From Nitrospinales bacterium (GTDB lineage Bacteria; Nitrospinota; Nitrospinia; Nitrospinales; VA-1), in the NCBI GenBank assembly GCA_965223795.1, contig CBDCXL010000002.1, positions 2,112,001 to 2,176,000 on the forward strand: a stretch of DNA of 64,000 nucleotides. The letters are read 5' to 3'. Positions 30,274 to 39,947 of the stretch are shown in pieces. The notes under the pieces were generated by a model, which was not told where the DNA came from, made no database searches, and worked only from the letters and a program-made list of their open reading frames with translations. Position 1 is the stretch's first letter; each line of letters opens with the position of its first letter. The translations under genes were made by a program, and so were the position numbers.

Positions 30274-30846
30274 ATGAAAACTTCCGCCACGACGCATCCA
30301 TTCTGTTTTACAGCGTTCGCCTTGCTTTTTTTTCTGACCGCCGCCTCGCCCGCGGGCGCGCAGGATTTCTGGGAATACTTTGAACCCGATCCGGCGGAAA
30401 AGACCCAGGAAAAGGCCAAGTCCAAAACCGCGGCAAAAGAGGAAAACGACGAGGAGCCGCCGAAGGTTCCGTGCCCGCAGGAAAGGAGCACGCCCAAGGC
30501 TCCGGATGCGATCTACCACATGAAAAACCCGGTTCCGCAAACCCAGAAAAACATTTTGATGGGCAAGCATCTCTATCTGGAAAAAGCGCAGTCGCTGCAA
30601 TGCAAGCACTGTCACGGGGTCCACGGCGACGGCACCGGCGAGCTGGGCATGTGGGCGAACCCCTTGCCGCGCAACTTCACCTGCTGGGAAATGATGAAAG
30701 AAATCCCGGACGGACAGATGTTCTGGGTGATCAAAAAAGGCGTGCCCAACACGGCCATGCCTTCCTATGACAATCTCAGCGACGAGGACATCTGGAAGCT
30801 GGTCATGTATGTGCGGAAGTTTTCCCGCTCCCGCTTTTCTAAATAG
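30274..30846 (+). CDS. Exported monoheme cytochrome c (CPQ type)
   Basis: Signal peptide ending AGA, CPQERSTP, CKHCH, PRNFTC, NTAMP. Confidence 0.9.
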   Translation: MKTSATTHPFCFTAFALLFFLTAASPAGAQDFWEYFEPDPAEKTQEKAKSKTAAKEENDEEPPKVPCPQERSTPKAPDAIYHMKNPVPQTQKNILMGKHLYLEKAQSLQCKHCHGVHGDGTGELGMWANPLPRNFTCWEMMKEIPDGQMFWVIKKGVPNTAMPSYDNLSDEDIWKLVMYVRKFSRSRFSK

Positions 30847-30895
30847 ACAGGGAAGGACGGACGTTTTCCCGAGCGCGGCGCTTCGCGGCGGCCCG

Positions 30896-32569
<1,674 letters not shown>

Positions 32570-32656
32570 GGTGCCTCGATAATGGTGGGTGGACGCTTTG
32601 CGTGATGCGCGTATTTAAGACGCTCCGGGCGGCAGCGTCAAGCGATTAAAAAGCGA

Positions 32657-33325
32657 TCAGCGCGGCGGGCGCTGCAGAATGATGAAGTCGACGCCGTCGT
32701 TGTACACGATGCAAAGATCGAAGGCAGCCGCGATCCAGCGGAAGGTGGCGCTGCCGTAATAGGCGATGTGCGTCGGGTCGCGCTTGTAGTACCAGGAGGC
32801 GAAATCGGCAAGGGAGAAGCCTTCGCCGTCCGCGGGATAAAAGCGCGTCATGATGGCGAGAAAACCGCCGGGAGCCAGCCGCGCGGTGAGATCCGCAAGC
32901 TCGCGGCCCGGATGCTTGAAATGCTCGAAAGTTTCGGTGGAGACGATGCAGTCGAAACGGGCGGTGAGGTCCGTGTCCGGGAAAAAGTAGGGATCGTAGC
33001 CGGTGGCGCGATAGCCTTTGCGGGCGAGCAGGGTTTTCAGCACCGGCGCGTAGCCGCAGCCGTAGTCGAGGATGCTGCGGACGCCGGGGCAGTGTGCCTG
33101 AATGATCGCGATTTTCTTTTCGAACATGCGGACGTAGCCCTCGTTTTCCAGGCTGTTTTCGTGTTTGAGGTAGTGGCTTTTTTCCGTTTCGGCCGAAACG
33201 TGGTGTCGCGGCGGCACGAAGATCAGCCGGCAGCGGCCACAGAGCCAGTATTCACGGTTCTCTCCGGTGTGGACGGAGCGCGGGGCGGAATCGCTGTGAC
33301 AGAGCGGGCACATGGTTTGCGACAT
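32657..33325 (-). CDS. Class I SAM methyltransferase with N-terminal zinc-binding motif
   Basis: CPLC...CGRC, LDYGCG, WYYKRDPTHI. Confidence 0.85.
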   Translation of the reverse strand: MSQTMCPLCHSDSAPRSVHTGENREYWLCGRCRLIFVPPRHHVSAETEKSHYLKHENSLENEGYVRMFEKKIAIIQAHCPGVRSILDYGCGYAPVLKTLLARKGYRATGYDPYFFPDTDLTARFDCIVSTETFEHFKHPGRELADLTARLAPGGFLAIMTRFYPADGEGFSLADFASWYYKRDPTHIAYYGSATFRWIAAAFDLCIVYNDGVDFIILQRPPR

Positions 33326-33383
33326 CGGCGGGCCTTTATCAGATTTTTGCATTAGCCAGCTTGTTGCGAGATTTAGGGCCTAT

Positions 33384-33443
33384 TGTCACCCTGAGCTTGT
33401 CGAAGGGTGCAGGGAATCATGCTTCGGCAGGCTCAGCATGACA
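33384..33443. repeat. REP/MITE-like inverted repeat
   Basis: TGTCACCCTGAGCTTGTCGAAG...CTTCGGCAGGCTCAGCATGACA; arms match at 18/22. Confidence 0.7.
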
Positions 33444-33503
33444 GGTCATCGGCTTATGAAAAAAATTTCATCCTCGCGGGAATCGGGCAAGGGGTTATTT
33501 TAC

Positions 33504-33531
33504 TTGATTCTGCCCGGTCTCCGGCTATAAT
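33504..33531 (+). promoter_or_regulatory. sigma70 promoter of efp
   Basis: TTGATT-N16-TATAAT. Confidence 0.55.
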
Positions 33532-33596
33532 CACACGCAACGAAATTCAGGTGAAGCGTTGTTTTCAATAACCAAAGAAACTTGAGGGTTTGCTGC

Positions 33597-34169
33597 ATGC
33601 CGGTTTATGTGAGCGGAAACGGGATTCGGCCCGGTTTTGTCATCAAATACAACAACTCGCTGTACAAGGTGTTGAGCGCCGAGCACCGGACTCCCGGCAA
33701 CAAACGCGCGTTTTTGCAGGCCAAGCTGCGCAACCTCAAGGACGGAACGCAGCGGGATGTCAAATTCCGCGCCGATGAGGAAATCGAGCGCGCGGTTATG
33801 GAGCAGACGGAAATGGAGTACCTGTACAACGACCCCTCCGGCTATTGCTTCATGAACTGCGAAACCTACGAGCAGACGTTTTTTGAAGAGACTTTCGTGG
33901 AAGACGCGAAAAAATTTCTGCTGCCGAACACGCGGGTGCAGATCGAGTTCTGCGAAGGCGAGCCGATCGGTGTTTCGTTTCCCGAAACGGTGGACCTGGA
34001 AGTGACCGACACCGAGCCGCCCATGAAAGGCGCCACCGCCTCCGGCTCGGGAAAACCCGCAACTCTGGAAACCGGACTGGTCGTGACGGTGCCCCAGTTC
34101 ATCCAGATCGGCGAAAAAGTGCGCGTTTCAACGAGTTCGGGAGAATACCTGGAGCGCGTGAAAAACTGA
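33597..34169 (+). CDS. efp: Elongation factor P (PGN loop type)
   Basis: HRTPGNKRAF loop, KPATLETGLVVTVPQFI, GEYLER. Confidence 0.95.
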   Translation: MPVYVSGNGIRPGFVIKYNNSLYKVLSAEHRTPGNKRAFLQAKLRNLKDGTQRDVKFRADEEIERAVMEQTEMEYLYNDPSGYCFMNCETYEQTFFEETFVEDAKKFLLPNTRVQIEFCEGEPIGVSFPETVDLEVTDTEPPMKGATASGSGKPATLETGLVVTVPQFIQIGEKVRVSTSSGEYLERVKN

Positions 34170-34462
34170 TTCCGTTTCTGTTGCCGATGCAGGACGCTGG
34201 CGATGCCCCCCATCTCCCGCCTGTGCCGAAGGTTTTTTGACCTTTTTTCAGTTTCTGTATTATGCTCTGAAAATGGCTGGTCGATTTGCAGTCCTGAAAC
34301 GCCTCATTAATTGCTAAAAACCATTGATTCAAAATCAAGTCCGGCTGAAGCGCGCAGAGCGGAAGATCGACTCAAAACGCGCTGATAACAAGTGCGGGAT
34401 GCAGGCGGGGCGATTGCAGCAGACGGTCCGTTGTTGCAGGATGTGAGCGCAGTTCATTTCAT

Positions 34463-34491
34463 TTGACATCGATTGGGGATTTAACTATATT
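34463..34491 (+). promoter_or_regulatory. sigma70 promoter of tol operon
   Basis: TTGACA-N17-TATATT. Confidence 0.6.
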
Positions 34492-34570
34492 GAAAAATCG
34501 ATAGTTGTGTGATGAGTGACAGTCATTGGCACAAGAATCCCGCCCCACCAATCCAGCCAGAGGTTCTTTC

Positions 34571-35332
34571 GTGGAAAATCCCATCAATGAGCAACCATTG
34601 AGTGTTGTGGACCTCGTGATCCAGTCCACACCGATGGCCAAGGCCGTACTGTTGTTGCTGCTCGTTTTTTCGATCGTTTCCTGGGCTATCATTCTGAGCA
34701 AGTTTTTCGTCTACCGGGCAGCGCGCCGCGAGGACGACCGGTTTCTTGCCAATTTTTCCAAATCCGAGAACCTGACGCATATCTACAACTATTCCCGCGA
34801 GCTTCGATACAGCCCGATTGCCCGGGTTTTCCTGACCGGCTACCGGGAACTGTTCCTGTTTCAGGACATGGCCAAAAAGGAACGGGACCGCCGGGGCGAG
34901 TCCCCCTCGCCGCATGGTGAACCCCTCACAGGCAAGGATATCAAGGGGATCGGCCTGGTGCTCAACAAGGCGATCAACCGCGAGGTGATGCGGCTTTCCA
35001 AGCGGCTGGATTTTCTCGCCACCACCGGCAGCACGGCGCCGTTCATCGGATTGTTCGGCACCGTCTGGGGCATCATGCATTCGTTCCGCTCGATCGGCCT
35101 GCAGGGCACCGCCAGCATCGGCGGCGTGGCGCCGGGAATCGCCGAAGCGCTGATCGCCACGGCGGCGGGACTTGTGGCAGCCATCCCGGCTGTCATATTC
35201 TATAATTATCTGAGCGACAAAATCCGGCTGTTCACCAGCATGATGGACGATTTCTCCCACGATTTCGTTTACATGGTGGAGAAGAACTTCATGCCGGAGC
35301 CTGAAAAAGCGAAGACGTTCGACTTTTCCTGA
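34571..35332 (+). CDS. tolQ: TolQ (MotA/TolQ/ExbB)
   Basis: LATTGSTAPFIGLFGTVWGIM, APGIAEALIATA; operon context; start 34526 or 34571. Confidence 0.9.
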   Translation: MENPINEQPLSVVDLVIQSTPMAKAVLLLLLVFSIVSWAIILSKFFVYRAARREDDRFLANFSKSENLTHIYNYSRELRYSPIARVFLTGYRELFLFQDMAKKERDRRGESPSPHGEPLTGKDIKGIGLVLNKAINREVMRLSKRLDFLATTGSTAPFIGLFGTVWGIMHSFRSIGLQGTASIGGVAPGIAEALIATAAGLVAAIPAVIFYNYLSDKIRLFTSMMDDFSHDFVYMVEKNFMPEPEKAKTFDFS

Positions 35333-35380
35333 TCCTGACCGTTTCTCAGGATCGTTCACCCGTAATGAGAGGAAGGTTCG

Positions 35381-35782
35381 ATGTTAAACCGCAGGCGCCC
35401 CATGATGTCCGAGATCAACGTGACGCCCTTTGTGGACGTCATGCTGGTTCTGCTCGTTATTTTCATGATCACGGCGCCACTGATGCAGCACGGCGTCGAC
35501 GTGCAGCTGCCGAAAGAAAGCATCGCGCCGGTTGAAGTCAAAGACATCCCTACCGTTTCGCTGCAGAGCAACAAGCGCATCTTCTGGAACAAGGATGAAG
35601 TGCCCAACCTGGTGGAGCTGAGCCGCAACCTGGAGACCTACCTCAAGAACAACAAACAGGGGGATGTCTATCTCAATGCGGATAAAACTCTGGATTATGG
35701 ATTCGTCATGACGGTGATGGCGACGTTGAAACGGGCGGGAGTCCAGAACATAGGCATGGTGACCGACCCTTCGGACTCATGA
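35381..35782 (+). CDS. tolR: TolR (ExbD/TolR)
   Basis: [24 protein letters not shown]. Confidence 0.92.
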   Translation: MLNRRRPMMSEINVTPFVDVMLVLLVIFMITAPLMQHGVDVQLPKESIAPVEVKDIPTVSLQSNKRIFWNKDEVPNLVELSRNLETYLKNNKQGDVYLNADKTLDYGFVMTVMATLKRAGVQNIGMVTDPSDS

Positions 35783-37176
35783 GGTTACAGTTTACAAGAT
35801 CATGGGATTTCAACCAGATGCTTGTGGCCTCGGTGTTCGGCCATTTCATGTTCATGACTCTGGTTCTGTTCATTCCACAAACCGTGAAGAATGAAATCGT
35901 GATCAAGCCGGCGCTGATGGTGAAGCTGGTGGAGAAGCCCACCGGCCAGCCAAAAAAGAAAACACCACCGCCCAAAAAAGTCCGCAAGCCTGAACCGGTG
36001 AAACGGGTGGCGGAGAAAAAACAACCGCCGAAACCGCAGCCCAAGCCGCCGGAACCGAAAGCGGCGAAGCCTAAATTTCAACCGAAAGAAGTGACGCCGA
36101 TTTCTGAATCCTTGAAATTCGATCCGCTGCCGTCGGCCACGGTGCAGACTCCGGACGCATCGCAGAAAATCGTGAACCAGCTCGATCAGCTCGAAGGCAA
36201 GCAAAAGCCGGGCCTGATCGAAGAGCTCGACCAGCTCGCCAAACTGGAAGCGCAGAAACCGAAGAAAAAAACGCCCGCTCCGAAACCGCCGCCGCTGCAA
36301 GAGGACAAGGTGCACGAAGCGGATGTGGCGCCGCCAAAAAAACGCGAACCCGAGCCGAAAGCCACCATACCGGCCCCGCCGGACCCGCTGGCGGATTTTG
36401 AGCAGCTAAAAATGCAAAGCGAGCTCGATCCGGTGCCGCAGGAACCTGTGGAGACCCAGGAGACCCCGGAAAAAAAAGTGTCCTCTCTTAAGGAACTCGA
36501 ATTCGCAGCGCTGGAGAGACCGACGCTGGAGGTCAAAAAAAAGCAGAGTGAAAAATCGACGGTGGATCTTTTGAAGGAGCTGGATGAACTGAAAGCGCCG
36601 CATCCCAACATGCACAAACCGAGCGAGAAACCGGCTTCCCGCCCGCAGGCCGCGCTCGACGCCAAACTGGATTCGGGGGAAGTCGAACTGATCCTCAAGA
36701 AACTCGATACATTGGAGGCCGACAAACAGGAAGTGCAGATCGACGTGGCCAATCAGAAAACGCTGGCCATGGAGTTTGAGAGCGATATCTGGAAAGTCCA
36801 GGTGCCGGAGGCCGAGGAGCTGTCGGCGCCGTCGGTGGCGGCGGTGGAGGGCGGTTCCCCCATCGCTTCGGAAGGCGAGCCGGATCCGGATATTCTCGCG
36901 CAGTACATCGGCCTGGTGCGGCAGAAAGTTTATAAAAAATGGTATGAGCCTCTGGGACGAAAGTACAATAATAAAGAAGTGGTGGTCTTGCTGACCATCT
37001 ACTCCAGGGGCAATATCGACCGGCCCGTGATCGACAACAGTTCCGGGGTGGACATTCTCGACACCCTGGCTGTCCGCGCGGTGATGGAGGCGGAACCCTT
37101 TCCTCCATTTCCGGAAGAATTGAAATACCCGAATCTCAACATCACCATTCACTTTAAATATGTTCCGGAACCTTAA
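35779..37176 (+). CDS. tolA: TolA/TonB-like energy transducer
   Basis: N-terminal TM with S-x3-H, long Pro/Lys/Glu region, C-terminal SSG..LD..A.RAV..A.PFPP domain; lies between tolR and tolB. Confidence 0.75.
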   Translation: MRLQFTRSWDFNQMLVASVFGHFMFMTLVLFIPQTVKNEIVIKPALMVKLVEKPTGQPKKKTPPPKKVRKPEPVKRVAEKKQPPKPQPKPPEPKAAKPKFQPKEVTPISESLKFDPLPSATVQTPDASQKIVNQLDQLEGKQKPGLIEELDQLAKLEAQKPKKKTPAPKPPPLQEDKVHEADVAPPKKREPEPKATIPAPPDPLADFEQLKMQSELDPVPQEPVETQETPEKKVSSLKELEFAALERPTLEVKKKQSEKSTVDLLKELDELKAPHPNMHKPSEKPASRPQAALDAKLDSGEVELILKKLDTLEADKQEVQIDVANQKTLAMEFESDIWKVQVPEAEELSAPSVAAVEGGSPIASEGEPDPDILAQYIGLVRQKVYKKWYEPLGRKYNNKEVVVLLTIYSRGNIDRPVIDNSSGVDILDTLAVRAVMEAEPFPPFPEELKYPNLNITIHFKYVPEP

Positions 37177-37180
37177 ACCC

Positions 37181-38512
37181 ATGATGAAAAAAATAATCCT
37201 GCTGTTTTCGATTTTCGTTCTGTGTTTCCCCGGTCTGGCTTTTGCGGATTCCAAAATCCGCATCGATCTGGAACGGGCAACCCGTCAGAAGGTGAACATT
37301 GCGGTGCCGCCCTTCATCCTGGAGGAAGGTCATGAGGACAAGCAGGGGGTCGGCCGCGAGGGCTGGAACATCATGGTGAACGATCTTCAGCTTTCCGAAC
37401 TGTTTGTGGTCGTGGATCCTTCCTCCTACGATTCGCTGGAACGGGCCGAGCGGTCCAACCCCAAGGTTTCCTACGCCAGCTGGAATCAGGTGGGGGCGCA
37501 ATGGCTCCTGCGCACCAATTACAAGGTCGATCCGTTCGACGATTCGTTCAGCGTGACCTTCAGGCTGTACGACACCGCGACCAAGCGGTTCATTCTGGGC
37601 AAGCGTTACACCGCCACGCGCAAGTTTCTGCGCCGCATCATCCACCGCTATGCGGACGAGGTGGTGAAGCAGTTGACGGGCCGGCGCGGTGTAGCGGAAA
37701 CCAAGATCGCGTTTCTCTCGCAGGTGGGCGACAACAAGGAAGTGTTCACCGTCGATTTCGACGGCCACAACCTGAGAAAGATCACCAACGACAAGAGCAT
37801 CATCCTGACGCCGGCCTGGTCGCCGGACGGCGGGTGGATCGTGTACACCTCTTATGCGGCGCGCAATCCGGATCTGGTCATGATCGGCGCCTCGGGCAAA
37901 AAACGCAGGACGCTGCTTAAGCTCCCCGGCCTCAACGCGGCGCCGGCCTGGTCGCCCAACGGGCAGCGGATCGCCATGGTGCTCAGCAAGGACCGCAATT
38001 CAGAGATCTATGTGCTGGAGAAGAATTTCGGGCTCAAGCGGCTGACCCGTCATTTCAACATCGACACCTCGCCCACCTGGTCGCCGAAAGGCGACCAGAT
38101 CGCCTTCACGTCGGACCGTTCCGGTACGGGAGCGCCGCAGATCTACATCATGAACGTGAAGGACGGCGACCGCAGCGGCGTCAAGCGCATCTCCTTCGGC
38201 TCCAGCTACAACGACAATCCGGCCTGGTCGCCCAACGGCGACAAGATCGCCTACACCTCCCGGGTCGGGCGCAAATTTCAGATCAAGATCTACGACTTCA
38301 ACACCCGTAAAAGCGAGCAGTTCACCACAGGAGCCGGAAGCTGCGAACAACCGACCTGGTCCCCGGACGGACGTTTCATCGTGTATCGGCGCAGGGAAGG
38401 CGGGAAACTGAACGTTTTCATCAAATCCATCCACGGAGGCAAGGAGCGTCAATTGTCCTTCATGGAGGGCGGCGGGCACAGTCCGGCCTGGTCTCCCTAC
38501 GCCAAACGCTGA
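37181..38512 (+). CDS. tolB: TolB beta-propeller protein
   Basis: Signal peptide, IHRYADEVV..LTG, repeated PAWSPDG blades. Confidence 0.93.
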   Translation: MMKKIILLFSIFVLCFPGLAFADSKIRIDLERATRQKVNIAVPPFILEEGHEDKQGVGREGWNIMVNDLQLSELFVVVDPSSYDSLERAERSNPKVSYASWNQVGAQWLLRTNYKVDPFDDSFSVTFRLYDTATKRFILGKRYTATRKFLRRIIHRYADEVVKQLTGRRGVAETKIAFLSQVGDNKEVFTVDFDGHNLRKITNDKSIILTPAWSPDGGWIVYTSYAARNPDLVMIGASGKKRRTLLKLPGLNAAPAWSPNGQRIAMVLSKDRNSEIYVLEKNFGLKRLTRHFNIDTSPTWSPKGDQIAFTSDRSGTGAPQIYIMNVKDGDRSGVKRISFGSSYNDNPAWSPNGDKIAYTSRVGRKFQIKIYDFNTRKSEQFTTGAGSCEQPTWSPDGRFIVYRRREGGKLNVFIKSIHGGKERQLSFMEGGGHSPAWSPYAKR

Positions 38513-38896
38513 ATTTTTCCAACCCGTCCGGGCAAAAAATTGGCTTGATCCGTTTTACATTTATTGTATCTTTGAGGGGAGGGCCCGTTTGAGAGAAATC
38601 CTTTTTTTATGGGAGTTTAAGCTCCCGATCCGGTTCCCCCCGCCGACCGGTGAAATGATAACATTTATAAAATCAAGCAGTTCCTGAGCAGCGGAATTGA
38701 AAAAAAAGGTTAAACAGGGTCGATTATTTGATATAATTTAGGTATAATTTTGGATCGGCCCATTTGGTCCTGAATTTACATAATCAGAATGAAATCTGTG
38801 ATTTGTCGGGCTCTTACTAGGGAGACAGGGCGCGATGACGAATTTTAAATAAGCTGGTACATTAATACTATGGGGACAACAACCACGAGGGTACAA

Positions 38897-39781
38897 ATGA
38901 GTTTAAAACAGAAAGGATTCAGCCTATTTTGTGTTTTGTTGGCAATAGGATTGATGGCGGGGTGCTCGAAAAAGCTCATGCCGCCGGAAATCGAAGCGTC
39001 CGGTTCGGTCGCCGACAGCGAACTTGAGGAAGTGGCCGATTCTTCAGGTGCGGAACAGGGTTTTGTCCCGGAAGACGATTTCCCGATCGGCGGATCCGCC
39101 AACAGCGGGAACAACGACTTTGCGGCCGATCCCAACGAGTCGGCTGCCGACGCGACGGGCGGCTTTGACGAGTCCGATTTCGTCCGGGAAGAAAACCTGT
39201 CGGAAACCGGTGTCGCATCCGCCGCGGACGATTCCTCCATCTTTTCGGAATCCGCCGATGCCGCGATGACCTCCGACTCCATGGGCGGGGAGCCCGGAAA
39301 CGGCTCTTCCGGATCCTTCGGACAGGGGAATCCCTTCGCCAGCGCTGAAGATCCGATTCAGAGCGAGGACGTGACGATGCGCGGCTCCGATTCCATGATG
39401 GACGACAGCGGAATCGACGAAGCGCGCCTGTATTCGTTCCGGCCGACCTCGGAGCTCAAGGACGTGCATTTCGAGTTCGACAAGTACGACCTGGACGAGC
39501 GCTCCAAAAGCGTGCTGAAGCAGAACGCGGATTTTCTCAAGCAGCACCCGAACATCAAGGTTGAGATCCAGGGTCATTGCGATGAGCGCGGGACCAACAA
39601 TTACAACCTGGCGCTCGGACAAAGGCGGGCGGATTCCACCAAGCGGTTTCTGGCGTCTCTGGGAATTTCGGAGAACCGGTTGCACGTGATCAGCTACGGC
39701 GAAGAAAAACCGTTCTGCCTGGAAAGCAATGAAGGCTGCTGGTGGCGGAACCGGCGCGCCCACTTTATGGTTGCTGAGTGA
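38897..39781 (+). CDS. pal: Peptidoglycan-associated lipoprotein with long acidic linker
   Basis: Lipobox LMAGC; VHFEFDK, GHCDERGT..YNLALGQRRA, SYGEEKP, NRRA. Confidence 0.9.
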   Translation: MSLKQKGFSLFCVLLAIGLMAGCSKKLMPPEIEASGSVADSELEEVADSSGAEQGFVPEDDFPIGGSANSGNNDFAADPNESAADATGGFDESDFVREENLSETGVASAADDSSIFSESADAAMTSDSMGGEPGNGSSGSFGQGNPFASAEDPIQSEDVTMRGSDSMMDDSGIDEARLYSFRPTSELKDVHFEFDKYDLDERSKSVLKQNADFLKQHPNIKVEIQGHCDERGTNNYNLALGQRRADSTKRFLASLGISENRLHVISYGEEKPFCLESNEGCWWRNRRAHFMVAE

Positions 39782-39947
39782 GCCGGGCGTCTGCTAGAAT
39801 CTTCATCATAAGCGAACTTCAGGATCTGATCGTAACGGAGGCTGCTCCGTTGCGATCAATCTTTTTGTTCTCGTTTTACTCAAGAGGCCGCGTTCCGCAG
39901 TTCGAAACCGCGGACTCCCCTAAATTCAAATTTTTAGAGATCGACTC

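Noticed and set aside
38897..38935. Pilin-like leader KQKGFSLF at the start of Pal
   Set aside because: No Glu at +5, and a clear lipobox with an OmpA domain follows
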